64,000 bases of DNA from Hamiltosporidium tvaerminnensis FI-OER-3-3 (Eukaryota; Fungi; Microsporidia): assembly GCA_022605425.2 (NCBI GenBank), contig JAKIMF020000004.1, positions 1,302,001 to 1,366,000 on the forward strand. The letters run 5' to 3'. Numbering within the stretch: the first letter of the stretch is position 1; the number at the start of each line of letters is the position of its first letter. Made by a program: the position numbers and the translations under genes. Positions 23,576-36,162 of this stretch are shown piece after piece. The notes below the pieces were generated by a model. The model was not told the origin of the DNA. It ran no database searches and saw only the letters and a program-made list of their open reading frames with translations.

Positions 23576-24047
23576 TTATTCGTATTTCTGACATTTTTTC
23601 TACCTAATGTATATTTGTGATGAAAAATGAACATATTATCTTAGATTACAGGAAAAAAGGCTACTACGAAGAATCTATTGACGGATAGTTATGGATTACG
23701 ACTAAAGAAGTAGGACGAATCGAGACAAATGTTAACCTTTTCAAAATATCTAATATGGTTACCGTATCAGAGTAAAGAAGGCTCAAAGGACACAGAAACC
23801 TAGTAAAAAATGCTTTCGGAAAGAGCTCTATGCAAATATCTTAACCGCATACGTAAAGTAAGCAAGGACGATATATACTACTAAAAAAATGGCTGGATAA
23901 TGTTGAAAAGGATTCTGGAAAAGTTTTTTATTTCCCTCGAAAGTTTGGCGCAAAATAGAAAAAAATAGAGAAGCATAGCTAACCGAATCCGACTGGCAAG
24001 AATTTAACTCTAAGCAGTAAGTTAGTTAGTTAGTTAATTAGTTAAAG
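23576..24047 (+). mobile_element. Decayed RTE-like LINE, 3' part with a (TTAG)n tail
   Basis: Remnants resemble the RTE C-terminus (GR....KWLDNVEKD...RKFG). The segment ends in AAGTTAGTTAGTTAGTTAATTAGTT at about 24019-24043. Confidence 0.55.
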
Positions 24048-25149
24048 TTATGCACAAGGAAGGTACTTATCCTTCAGAAAATAAAAATTTTGTAATTTTA
24101 TAATATACCAATAACAGTTGTGGAGATTATCTTCATTTTGACTTAAATTTGTTTTTTTGATTCATCCGTACAAAGTGAAAACATAAATTTAACCAGTGCT
24201 TAGAATTTTGATAAGAAAGAAAAATGTTTCGTGACAGGTTGCAATGAATTTATAACATAAACAGGATTTTAATGGCTGTTTTTATAATTTTAAGCTAATG
24301 AAAAAACATTCCTCACATTCGATATTCTTCCGGATGTATACTAGGTGGCTCATTTAGCTTTTCTTCCAACAATCAAACAAAATATTCTTCTGTGCGTTCA
24401 AAATTTTATGAAACTAAATGTAAGAAAAAAGTTCCGGAAAATTTATTCCTTAATGGTGTCATAATTGAAGAAGAAGCTATTCGCGCTAACTACCATGCGA
24501 TTAGGAAAAAATGAACAATGATTTGTAGAAAACTAGTAGGCTGCTAAAGTTTTTAGACCGTCGCTTTTCGATTCGATCGATTTGATTGATATTGGAGAAG
24601 CTTTTCTTCGAGAAGATTTATTTTTAGTTAAAATACCAAATTTTCTAGATTTGAAACTCAAAAAAATGTCGTTGTTAAAACATTTGGAGAGGCTTTAGCC
24701 TAAATAAATTGTAACACACCACAAAAATATTTAAGTAAATTAAGAACAATATTAATAGCTTCTTATGGTTGTATTAATTCTTAATCAAAATGTTTAGGTA
24801 AGATCCATTCGGCATTCGAATAGCTTAACGCATCCCCATTTCCTAAGTAAGATATAGCCCGGCATTTAGTAACTCAAATTAAACTACTTTTACTTTTAAA
24901 TGATTAGAACAAGGAGATACACATGATCTATCTTACCATTGTATGAATATGAGTTTTTATTTTTTAATCATATTTGGTGATTCAAGCCATGGATCACGAC
25001 ATAAAATTAATAGTTGAGGCTCTCTACATGCGAAAACGTTCGAATCGCTTTTTCAAGGGTATAAACGACCATAAAACTTTTTATGGGAAGAGTGTAGGTA
25101 GCAGTATACTATTGCGATCTCTTCTAAATATCCTCGAGTTATTTAAATT

Positions 25150-25760
25150 TTATTTAATTAGAGACTTCAATTAAAAAATGGAATATCCTTAAAACTTAAC
25201 TAATTCAAAAAATTCACACTGAAGAAGCCCGAAATTTCTCTGGGTAAAACTGTGAGTACGACCATGATGCTTAAACGAGAAATTTTATAGGATATGAACA
25301 TCTATGACGTAGAAAGGGGCTACTGGCTTAACATTATTTAAATAATGAAATATATAGTGGAAGTAGCAATTTTTTGAGTCACGTAGCGATTACAGCCAGG
25401 AATTCCTCGGGACATCAAGAGAAAAATTTTCTTATTTTAAATAGTCTCTCTTATACTGAACATCAAAATAAGAAGTTATAGACATGGTTAATGTTCGATT
25501 TAAAAAAAAGTGCAATAAGCCTCCAGAAAGTACCAGGAACATTAGAACCGTACAAAAACATTCAAAAGCCAGAGTAAACTTATTCTTGGATTTCCAATCA
25601 CAATAGCTTTAAGACTCTTGTCATAAAACTATTGATAATACCATGACTGTCAAACGAAAAAGATTGCGGGGTACACATGCAGCACATCTCCTAAGTTAGT
25701 TCATAGGTTATAGATTATACCCAAGAACAATGTATAGTAATATGTGAAATATCCTATAAA
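25150..25760 (+). mobile_element. Possible highly decayed Ty3/Gypsy pol (RT/RNase H) remnant
   Basis: Broken frames read ATGLTL.K ... QFLSHV ... GIP.D..K, resembling the Gypsy AGL.L..KC.F..FLGH...GI..D..K motif. Confidence 0.3.
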
Positions 25761-26281
25761 CTATGTAATACAAGCAAATTTTAAATAATATACGGAAATT
25801 GTTACGTTTAATATTTTTAAATTTGCACATTGATCTATTAAATCATCTAACATGAATTTAATTTTCACAAGATGTTTTTTTATACCTACAAAACTGGTAA
25901 AATGTGATACCGTTATTTTCAGAATTTGCAATAGATTTTATATACTCTAAATCCTAGATGATTTTTTTAATAAATGAAGAATCCTACCTCGCGGCAAGTC
26001 TTGAACCAATTAACTGCGAAGAAATATAGCTGACTTAAATTGAATAAAATTATATGTTCAAAGTATCTTAAATTATATCTTTCTTTCATGGGTTTCTCTT
26101 TAAAATTTTTTTACTTTTTACTATAAAACTTAAATATGTTATATTTTGTCTTCTTGGTTCCATTTTAAAATTTACTTAAAATTAACTCTCGCTTTTCCTT
26201 CGAATTTATTTTACTTTTGAATTTTTTTTTCTTATTTTAAAATTTTATAAAACAGTAAAAGACATTTACATAGAATCCCTT

Positions 26282-29101
26282 ATGGTTAACATACCAGGCA
26301 TTAAACCTAAACAACACCATATTCATATGGTAGATGCAACGGATTGTCCAGATATTTGTAGAATTAAAAAAATAATTAATAATTTAAAAGATTCAAATTG
26401 TATTATAGATATAATAAATGCATTGTTACATTCGAATCGTAAAATACGAATAACAGCACTTAAACGATTACTTTATCTCAAATATGAAATAATTTATTTT
26501 GAAACCAATGAAGAACTTTCTCTTAATAATAAAGAAATAAATGAAGCTCCTTGTATTATAAACAATATTATTCCAGAAGATAAAGAATTTATCATTAATA
26601 AAGAGGTAAATAAATCACAAAGCATTATAAGCAATATGACTTTAGAAACCAATGAAGAGTATTTAAACAAAAATAATGAAACAGATTTTAATAAATACTT
26701 ATTAAATGAATTTCAAATAAACAATATTATATTTTATATGCTTGATGACCCGTGTCATTTTATAAGAGAAATATCTTTAGAAAATATAAAATTTGATCTA
26801 AATTTCAAAAAAACGAATAACAAAATATCAAATACGAGTAAAGAAATGTTAAAAATAGATAAAAGAATATCCAAAACAAATAATGAAATATTAATAAAAG
26901 GAAGCGAAATGTTAAAAACTAACTCAGATGAAAATAAAATATTCGATTCAAATCTTAAAAAATTATTAAAAACAACATTTTCAAACAATGAATTACTCAA
27001 TAAAATACTGGCTCTTTCCTACGATAATAACACAAACATACGCTTAATTTCCATTAAAAAATTATCTGAAGGCAGTTTTTTTGTAAAAAATTTTAATTCA
27101 AAAATATTTTTAAGATTTTGTTCGCTTTTTACGGACACGAGTGTAAATGTAAGAAAAAAAGTATCAAAATATATGAGAAAAATACAAATTACAAATAGAA
27201 ATGACATTACAAATATTTTGAACAAACAGCCACCTAATGATAAAATAATAAAAGATATGAAATTTTATAATAGCAACGGTGCAATAATTCATGGATTAGA
27301 AGATGAAAACACAGAAGTCAGATTAAATACAATAAAAGCACTTTACAATTTTACTTTGGATTTAGATTTGACAACAAAAATATTTTATTTAATTTTAGAT
27401 ATGTTGAATGATGATATAGAAGAAGTAAGAAGAGTATCTTCTTATATTTTAGTATTGATAAGTAAAAAATACAAACTAATTTTTAATTTCCAAGATTTAA
27501 AAATATTGCAAGGATGTTTAAATGAAAAGTGTTGTATTATTAGAGGTAATGTTTTTAGAGTTATATCACATCTTCAGTATAATGAAGGATGTCTCGATGC
27601 AATGGAATTTATTATTAAAGGAATTAACGAGTTCGGAGTAGAAATTATTAACTGTAAAAATATTGACAAAATAGGAAATGAAATTGAGAATATTGTAAAT
27701 GGTGATATAACGAGTGAATTAATAAGTATTAAGCAAACAAATGAAACCAATAAAAATAATAAAATTATTAAAAATTGTAAATCTAATGAGATAAATACAA
27801 ATAATGAAATTATTAAAAATTGTAAATTTAATGAAATTAACAGAACTGAAATAAACAATGAAATTAATAGAGAAAATTACAACCTGCTCTTTGATTGTTT
27901 GAAAAACTTTGTAAAAAATAATTTTGATTTTATCAAAGAAAATATAAATAACGTATTTGATTTCAAGAATAACATTTATAGGGAGATGTGTTTAGAAGAT
28001 AAGGAATATTTAGGTAGACTTTGTATTATTTACTATTTAAATTTAGAAAGTAAAATTGATATACTTTGGTATATGAAGAACCATTTTAGATATTTGGAAA
28101 TATTAAAATTTAAATATGAAATTTGTTATGAAAAAAATGAAAATAAAATATTATATGATGAAATTAATATCAAAGTGTATAGTTTATTGGTAAAAAGATT
28201 TATTTTTATAATTAAAAATATTGAATATTTTTATAGAATGAACAAAGGAATTGAAAAAGATGAGTTAACTGATATAAATGGAAATAAATTTGATAAAGGA
28301 AAGGAATGTATTGATGAAGAAAAAGTATTTATAAATGAAGAAACTATCGACGAAAATAAATTTATAAAAGAAGAACTTATTAAAGAGAAAGAATCTATTA
28401 TAGAGACTGAATCTATTGATAGAGGGACAGAATCTATTAAAGAGACAGAATCTATTGATAGAGAGACAGAATCTCTTATAGAGACAGAATCTATTGATAG
28501 AGAGACAGAATCTATTGATAGAGAGAAAGAATCTATTGATAGAGAGAAAGAATCTATTGATAGAGAAACAGAAACAATCAATAGAAAAATTAACAAAAAA
28601 TATTTAACTGAAACATCTGATTTAATAAAAATATGTAAAAATGGATTTATAAAAAGTGTTTGGACATACCTATTATCTTATATAAATGGAGATAAAAACA
28701 AAATAAAATTATTTTTTTTTAAATACAAAATTTATGAATTAAATTGTAATTTTTGTATTTTAAAAAATTCAGAATTTTTTAAGAAACTTTCAGAAATTTT
28801 ACAAAATAAAGAAAAATTTAAAATAGAAAAAATAAAATTTGGTGTAAATGTCGTTGATACCTTAAGTGTTTGGAAAAATTTACCAATAAATTTTTATGTA
28901 TTCTGTTTTTATACAGAAGTAACACCAAATATTAAGGTTAGAATAGGATATGATAATTTATTTATATACTTAGATGTTGAGCCTATTGTACATGTTACTC
29001 TTTTTGTTGCTTGTGAATATGTTAGTGTTTGTTTAGTCGTACGATTTAAAGAAGATTTTGTTCTTTCTGATATTAAATTTATAAAAATTTCATATTTGTA
29101 A
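26282..29101 (+). CDS. INTS4: HEAT-repeat protein, Integrator complex subunit 4-like
   Basis: GAIIHGLEDENTEVRLNTIKAL...ILDMLNDDIEEVR matches the INTS4 signature GAFVHGLEDE..EVR...LVDMFNDEIEEVR. The start context is CCCTTATG, and the protein has low-complexity inserts. Confidence 0.75.
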   Translation: MVNIPGIKPKQHHIHMVDATDCPDICRIKKIINNLKDSNCIIDIINALLHSNRKIRITALKRLLYLKYEIIYFETNEELSLNNKEINEAPCIINNIIPEDKEFIINKEVNKSQSIISNMTLETNEEYLNKNNETDFNKYLLNEFQINNIIFYMLDDPCHFIREISLENIKFDLNFKKTNNKISNTSKEMLKIDKRISKTNNEILIKGSEMLKTNSDENKIFDSNLKKLLKTTFSNNELLNKILALSYDNNTNIRLISIKKLSEGSFFVKNFNSKIFLRFCSLFTDTSVNVRKKVSKYMRKIQITNRNDITNILNKQPPNDKIIKDMKFYNSNGAIIHGLEDENTEVRLNTIKALYNFTLDLDLTTKIFYLILDMLNDDIEEVRRVSSYILVLISKKYKLIFNFQDLKILQGCLNEKCCIIRGNVFRVISHLQYNEGCLDAMEFIIKGINEFGVEIINCKNIDKIGNEIENIVNGDITSELISIKQTNETNKNNKIIKNCKSNEINTNNEIIKNCKFNEINRTEINNEINRENYNLLFDCLKNFVKNNFDFIKENINNVFDFKNNIYREMCLEDKEYLGRLCIIYYLNLESKIDILWYMKNHFRYLEILKFKYEICYEKNENKILYDEINIKVYSLLVKRFIFIIKNIEYFYRMNKGIEKDELTDINGNKFDKGKECIDEEKVFINEETIDENKFIKEELIKEKESIIETESIDRGTESIKETESIDRETESLIETESIDRETESIDREKESIDREKESIDRETETINRKINKKYLTETSDLIKICKNGFIKSVWTYLLSYINGDKNKIKLFFFKYKIYELNCNFCILKNSEFFKKLSEILQNKEKFKIEKIKFGVNVVDTLSVWKNLPINFYVFCFYTEVTPNIKVRIGYDNLFIYLDVEPIVHVTLFVACEYVSVCLVVRFKEDFVLSDIKFIKISYL
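28384..28575 (+). repeat. Coding 21-bp tandem repeat (E[T/K]ESIDR) x~9 in the INTS4-like gene
   Basis: agagacagaatctattgatag units. Confidence 0.9.
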
Positions 29102-29608
29102 GAAAAAAACAGTAAATTTTTAGTAAAAGATCGGTAAGAGATTAAATTGATTTGAAAAGATTTGATAAAAGAGAAGTTAGAAAATATTTGACAAATATTT
29201 ATTTTATTATGATTTCTAACTTCGAATAGAATTTATGTGGAATGTTAATAATAATGAAAATAATCGAAGGATAAATAAAAAATATTTTTTTAATTCATAA
29301 TATAAAATAATTTGACTTAATATTTTTAAATATAGAATATAAAAAAGAAATATTGAAAAATAGTATAATTTAAAAAATTAATATTCAGATATCTTAACAC
29401 TAAGAATAATAATCTTTCTATAATATAATTTTTTATCCTCTGTTTCCATTCTTTTTCCTTGTTTTGAATTTTTTTAATTATTTACTTCTATTTCTTATGA
29501 TTACCTTTTATTGGTGCAATTAATTTTATTTAATATTGAATTTTTCTATAATAATGACATTATCTTCTGTTTTATACTTCTTATTAGTTAAATTAAAATT
29601 TATTTTTT

Positions 29609-29941
29609 TAAGGAATATTACATAACAAATGATATTTTATTACTCCTTTAATCTAATAAGGAGACTCTATAGTAAAAAATAAGGAATATTACATAACAAA
29701 TGGTATTTTTTACTCCTTTGATCTAATAAGGAGACTTTATAGTAAAAAATAAGGAATATTACATAACAAATGGTATTCTTTACTCCTTTGATCTAATAAG
29801 GAGACTTTATAGTAAAAAAAAGGAATAGCACACAACAAATGGTATTCTATTACTCCTTTTATTTCTAATAAGGAGACTCTATAGTAAAAAAAAGGAATAG
29901 CACACAACAAATGGTATTCTATTACTCCTTTTATTTCTAAT
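29609..29941. repeat. ~70-bp tandem repeat x4.7 immediately upstream of the HSP20-like gene
   Basis: Unit starts (GGAATA) at 29612, 29683, 29753, 29822 and 29894. Confidence 0.9.
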
Positions 29942-30011
29942 TTGCTGTTGCTTTTCATTTCTCCTTTTTATTTATTTTTTTATTTTAATATTTTTCTATT
30001 TTTTTGATTAA

Positions 30012-30362
30012 ATGATTGAGGAATTAGAAAGTACTGAACAACCATGTGTAAATAAAATAATAAATGGTGATGGTTACACTTATATAATAAAAATACCAAA
30101 TAAAATAAAAAAAGAAAATATAAAGGTGGAATATGACAAATGTAGTTTTAAATTAAAATATAAGAAAACAAACCGTTCTGATTCAGAAGGTGCTATTTGT
30201 AGCGTTAAAAATGAAGGCACTTTTTATAGAAAATTTGATTTTGAAATTAAAAATCCAAATATTGAATATAAAGATGGAGAAGTTTATTTTAAATTTAGTA
30301 AAGGAAATGAATTATCGTATGAAAATAAGGAGGATAGAAAAGTACATAAATTAAAGTTTTAG
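30012..30362 (+). CDS. Small heat-shock protein / alpha-crystallin-domain-like protein
   Basis: 116 aa; the pattern Y.IIKIP..IKKENIKVEY....L......G.FYRKF......I.Y.DG.V...F.K fits an HSP20 fold. Confidence 0.6.
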   Translation: MIEELESTEQPCVNKIINGDGYTYIIKIPNKIKKENIKVEYDKCSFKLKYKKTNRSDSEGAICSVKNEGTFYRKFDFEIKNPNIEYKDGEVYFKFSKGNELSYENKEDRKVHKLKF

Positions 30363-30859
30363 AATTTAAATTTAGAGTTTGAAGTGAATCATCTTTTGAG
30401 GAGAAAGAAGATAGAAAAGTACATAAATTGAAGTTTTAGAATTCAAATAAAGCGAAGAATTGATTTATCTAGAAGAGAAAAAGATTTAAAAAGTCATAAA
30501 TTAAGATTTTGCAGAAAAAAGTATTTATTAAAAGTTTTGTTTATATGTCGTCTTTTATCTAAATATTTGTGGTTGAATAAAATAAAATTAATAATATTAA
30601 ATTCATATTTTAATAATGAGTATAAATATCAATGTTTTTACTGTCATTAATTTTAAAAGGTGGTCTTATAAATTTGAAAATTTGATATTAAGTTACTTGA
30701 AAATATTTCTTCTTGAAATATTTTGTAGCCTGACTAGTTTTTTTTTGATAATTTCAATTTTTTAATATCCAATAAAGTTAAATTGGATAGATTACAATAA
30801 AAATACCAATGCTGTAACAATTTTCGCTAAACATCAATTGGGATTTATTTTAGAAAGCA

Positions 30860-31330
30860 GAACGAATTTATAATTTAGACCTATAATTATGAACGGCGGC
30901 AAAATATGATATTGATTGAGAATAAGGAAATCATGGTACGCTCATTCAAACAAAAGATTGCTCGTAAAATACAACGGACCAGAAAAAAACCAACGAGGTG
31001 TGTGGATAATTTGTATTAATTTCGAGCTCGGAATTTTATATCGGAATTTGATTGGTTGGCAAAGCAAAAGGTTACGGACACCGATAGCTGGGTCATCTTG
31101 ATCGAATGTCAGAAAACAGGGTTACAAAAATAATTATAGTGAGCAAACCAGAAAGTCGCAGATTTAAGGGTCGCTTAAAAACTAGATGCCTAGATGATGT
31201 CAACAAACTACAGAACCATTGTTATAAACAAATAGGTAAGGTTTGCATGTATAATAATTGAGGTTTGCTATTTTAATGAGCCGTAAAATACTTGGTAAGT
31301 GGAAAAGAATGTATCAATACTTTGCATAAT
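30860..31330 (+). mobile_element. Decayed Merlin (IS1016/IS1595-like) transposase remnant
   Basis: Broken-frame motifs resembling RKYN.G, GVWI and G.H.N.IE.. appear in the expected order. Confidence 0.4.
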
Positions 31331-32761
31331 AAAAATCACCAGAATATTGCGTAAATCAATGTAAAAAAATGTCTATTTTGATTGTAACAGATACTACAAA
31401 AAAAGAATTTCGATTTTGCATTGATTTCTATCTGTGTTTTGTTCCTAAATATGAGAAAAAACTACAGGTGAATCAAATCATGTATTTTTTAGTTGGGAGG
31501 TTTGGAAATTGCTTCATAAGAAAACTCGGGTTAAAGCTCAATAAAAATTTCTAAAATTTCGCTCATAAATAAATCATATTTTAAGCTTACAAAACGAATT
31601 AGAGATCAATATATCGAAGAAATCTTTGAAAACAGCTTTAAAAAAATAACGATGAATAACAAAGCAAAAATGTAGAGAAACTCAAATTAATAGACCCCAA
31701 ATTGAACTTTTAGTGAGAAAATATACAATAAATAGTATTTTCTATAATCTATTTGAAATTTTTACTTCAACTTGTTGAACTGAAAAAAACGAGTGAACTA
31801 TGATCGGAAAATTGGCAATTAGAGCTCTATTCATATAATTTTAGCTGAAGGATTTATAAATAATATATAAATTTACTATTATAAAGTATAAAAACTTTAT
31901 TCTTTCAAACATCGACTATTTTTAGACTTAAATTTATATATCGTGTTTTTCCTCTTATCATCGCACCAAATGTCTGTTTTTGATTTAATAAGAGCATTTG
32001 ACTCAAATAAAAGGCCAGAGACTAAAATTGAACCACAACGTCTATACCAGGTGAAAATCTGCCATTTAATTGCTATCTTAATGCCATGGGGTTAGAGAAT
32101 ATAAAAAAAGGTATAAATACTTGATATGATTTTAAAAACGATTCATTGCTGCCTTCATATGCTTATTCTCGTTAAAAAAAGCGAAATACAAATAGGAAAA
32201 TTAAAACATCGACTTAATTTAACGAAGTTGATTAAATGTTTGTGTTATGGAAAACAGAAATTAATATTTTGGAACCAAAGAAGATTCGAGAAAATTTGTA
32301 TTCTCATAGATTACCAAAAAAAACTCACAATTTTGCTTTTAAAACTCAAATTAAAATCTCAATCTTAAAAATAATTTTTAAATTTTTAGTTCAACACAAT
32401 TCAAAGTTAATTAATATAGTATACATAACAAGGGCCGAGGCTTTAATTAGAGCCATAAAATTTATATATTAAAAATCCTGAACTAAAAACATGTAATATA
32501 ATTATTTTATACAGATTTATTCTACTTTTGTTTTTAGTATTACTTTAAAAATATAAAAGTTTCAAAATAAATTAGTCTTGTTTTTTAGTTTGTCCCTTTT
32601 TCAAACCTAAGCGATTATTGGGCAGTAAATATTTTATAAGATCATGAAATTCATTTATCGTTAAATTTTCTATAAAGTTTTTAATCTATGATAAATTATT
32701 AATCTAAGATAAAAACATTCCTGCAAAAAATATAAAAGTAATTTGAACGGGATAGCCCAGT

Positions 32762-34105
32762 ATGATCCAAATAATTTTTTTTTCTGGCAAGAAGCATTTA
32801 ATATTCTATATATATCTTTTGTTTTTTACATTTATAAATAACTCAAGCGAAAATTACGATATAGCTGAGTATAGGGAGTTGTATGTTAAGAAGTGCCTCG
32901 ATCTATATAATGGCGAAGCCAAACAATTTGAATCATTACCGAAATCAATGGAATATGCATATTTGAATTTTTATGAAAATCGCCTTGGGCTGGCTGCTGA
33001 TGCAATATCCAATTATATTCATTCGAAAACTTCAAGTAAATTTGAAATCTCTATTTATGGGCCAAATCCGAAACGAGATTATTTTTCAGAGCCAATTCAA
33101 TTTAAGGCATTTCGACTTGAACCAGCTGGAAAAAAATTTTGGTCTATATCTACTTTAGGTATAACTACAAGTCTAGGATTTAAAGATTCACCAAGAATCA
33201 ATCCTAAAATGGTGTTTCAAAATCAATTAAACATGTTTCTAAAACATTTTTTTCAAATGTATAGATCTATTCAGAAAATCATTCTTTTGAGTGATAATCC
33301 TGAATATGCTTACATTTCAATAGATGATACAAATAATAATGTACGAAAGCGAGTTCCTAAAGAATATCACGATATAACATTTTTTTTATTGGACAATATT
33401 TATAAGGTTTTTTGTGTACAGATTTTTTCTGATATAGAAATTTTAGATACAAAAATTAAAAAATCTAGGATGAAAGAAGTATTTTCTGAGAAATTTGGTG
33501 AAATGACATATTTTTTTTATGGTTGTTATGATATTTACGTGAGCAATATATCTAATGATGAATTACACGAATATAATTATATCAAAAAAATATTTAAGAG
33601 ATTCTCAATTTATCGTTTCAGAATCAAATTTGACATCGGTCTTCCACCACAAAAACATGGAAATCTAATATTATATCCAGCGTGTCCTTCGTTTGAAACA
33701 GCAATCCATAGTACAGAATTTGATTATTTTTATTCGACAATAAATGTACAACATGAAGATTACAAATTCAAAATTTTTCTTAAATATTCCGATAAGTTAT
33801 TTGAATTCAATTTTAACTGGCCCGAAAAGCATAAATTATTTGAAAATTATGTAAAAAACTCGTCTGTTTATTTATATGCATTGTCATCATCTTACGAATC
33901 TTATGGAATAGAAATGATGCGAGATGATGATCTAAAATGTTTTAAAGACAAAAGAGCTGCATTCTCAAGTGATGATTTTTATTTAGACTGTTGTGGAAAA
34001 ATTGAATACAAGTATGATAGATACTACGAATATGATGAATTTTTTGATATGATGATTTTTCATAACAAACATAACATATATTGGAATATAATATTGTTTG
34101 ATTAA
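32762..34105 (+). CDS. Hypothetical lineage-specific protein with an N-terminal hydrophobic segment
   Basis: Intact 447-aa ORF with a CCCAGTATG start context. No recognised domain. Confidence 0.75.
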   Translation: MIQIIFFSGKKHLIFYIYLLFFTFINNSSENYDIAEYRELYVKKCLDLYNGEAKQFESLPKSMEYAYLNFYENRLGLAADAISNYIHSKTSSKFEISIYGPNPKRDYFSEPIQFKAFRLEPAGKKFWSISTLGITTSLGFKDSPRINPKMVFQNQLNMFLKHFFQMYRSIQKIILLSDNPEYAYISIDDTNNNVRKRVPKEYHDITFFLLDNIYKVFCVQIFSDIEILDTKIKKSRMKEVFSEKFGEMTYFFYGCYDIYVSNISNDELHEYNYIKKIFKRFSIYRFRIKFDIGLPPQKHGNLILYPACPSFETAIHSTEFDYFYSTINVQHEDYKFKIFLKYSDKLFEFNFNWPEKHKLFENYVKNSSVYLYALSSSYESYGIEMMRDDDLKCFKDKRAAFSSDDFYLDCCGKIEYKYDRYYEYDEFFDMMIFHNKHNIYWNIILFD

Positions 34106-35423
34106 AATAAAGAAAGAGGTGACTGATATTTTATTGGATTATTAAATCACAAAAATATGTTTTTTTTTCTTCCTTTTATAATTCACTTCGAAATATCTAT
34201 TTCTAATTAGTTTGGTTTTTACTTTTGTATAAGGTGTGAGGTTAATAATCAATGAAGGACTAATGTAACTCATGAATTATTACACTTGATTATTATGTTT
34301 GTTCAATGAAATTCGATAATGCTTTAAAAACTTATTAAGTAAAATGATTATAAATGAATTACAATTAGCTCGGTTCTAAAAAATAAAAATATACAGTTCA
34401 AAGTAGTTATAATAATATATTGTGATGGCACTTGCATACTAGCCGCACTCAATATTTGTAAAAAATAACCGGAAATTTTTGACGATAATATAAAAAATAT
34501 ACTTGCTAAAACCATTAATCAAACCCTAGAAATTCTCTAGCTATTATAGAACAAACATATCATGTTTGAATTTCTTGCTTTTTAGTTAATTATATTATAT
34601 TTAGTTGAATTAAAAATATTTGCTTATATTGTAACTTGAAAAGGGTATAGATAAATTGAAAAACATTTTCGACACAACATTCGGAATATAAACCAAATGA
34701 CAATATTTCTATTTTATAATAATCAAAAGAGACTTAAAAGTATCTTTATTGATTTAAAAAAAGTGCTTTTGAATAAACTGCACACCGAACCTCATCATAA
34801 ATAATAAATTGCAGCTTAAATATATCACACGCAGAAAACGAATATAATTTTATCTGCTCAGAGCATTCAAAGGAAGTAATAATTATAAAAAAATAGAAAG
34901 CAAGGAGTTATGGGTTTGAAATAGAAACAAATGATTTTGGAATCGAATCAAATTTTAATAAATAATCGATAAATATTCCGCCATTGAACGCCGCCCTGTC
35001 TAATAGAAACCGCGTAATTTATTGTAGATTTTTTGCTTTATGAATCATTTTTATTTTTTAATCATCTCTCTTATTTCCTTCTTTTACGCCCGTTTATATC
35101 CCTTTGTTTCTTACGTTTTCTTGTAATATCAAATTTCTTTCCATTATTTCTAAATTAAAATACTCGTAGCTTTTGTTCTTGTAAATAAATTAGAATGTGT
35201 TAATAACCAATGTATTACAGATGAAATATATTTTTTTCTACTTCTTTTTTGCAATTTTCAGGTTTTTACGTTTTTGATGGTCTAAATATAAATAATATAA
35301 ATCTCAAAATACTTACATAGGTTGATCCTAAAACTTATAAATATATTTATACCTTTTTATAGTTTCTTCCTAGGTTTTTTTAAAATTTTAATTAATACAA
35401 ATAAATGTATAATTAAACATCTA

Positions 35424-36162
35424 GGGTGGAGGGAGGATAACCACATAAAAAACTTTTTGCTTGGCAATGAATGTGTGAAACAGGTGTGAGATCATTGTTT
35501 GGATTTTTGTTGGGAATAAAACCACACTACATCTTCGGTTGTTCCATGGGAGTTGTTATGACGAGGAGAGGTCCAAGAAATGGAGAAACTTTTTCTACAA
35601 ATTTATTTGTAGTTTTTTATGTAACCAGATTGCAGACCGCAGCTGAACATATAGGTAATTGCCATGTAAAATCATGGAAACCTAGCCTTGCTCACTCGGG
35701 TTAGAAGACTTAGCGCCTGGGAGATATAAAACAAAAAACCATTTAAAGCAGGGAGAGCTAAGTAGCAGGTTATACCTGTTGGTATGACATTGCACTGTCT
35801 AGGTGGACCCCATGTAAATCTCTGAAATATATCTTAGATAGAAGTTTATTGGGTTCAGAAAGTGTAGAGTAAGTGGGAATGCTGCATAGTCTCGGAGGAG
35901 CCCAGGGAGGGCTTCGGCCTTCGATCACACTCCATGCAACGGACATTAACGAACTCCGGGAAACTACCTCGCCTATTAATTAGGTTCTACACACCTGTTA
36001 AATGAAAGGCTTTGGGACGTAGGTATCGCAGGGGTTACCGATGGAGTGTTGGGGTAACAGTCATATATGTTAAACCTAGAACTGCGTTAATGTCATAAAA
36101 ACAAATATAACACTTGCCACTGTTTTGAAAAAGATGTGATATTTTTAAATAAATAATAATTT
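35424..36162 (+). mobile_element. ~700-nt structured non-coding retroposon, copy C (most complete)
   Basis: Closely similar to copy B and flanked by the 11-bp duplication TTAAACATCTA (35413-35423 / 36163-36173). It retains the GAGGGC-TTCG-GCCTTC hairpin. Confidence 0.9.

Noticed and set aside
24290-24800. Integrase remnant upstream of the Gypsy-like RT
   Set aside because: The apparent motifs did not hold together in a single frame on translation.
29609-29941. CRISPR-like array
   Set aside because: The units are tandem with no unique spacers, the context is eukaryotic and there are no cas genes. The same applies to 13347-13440 and 62960-63267.
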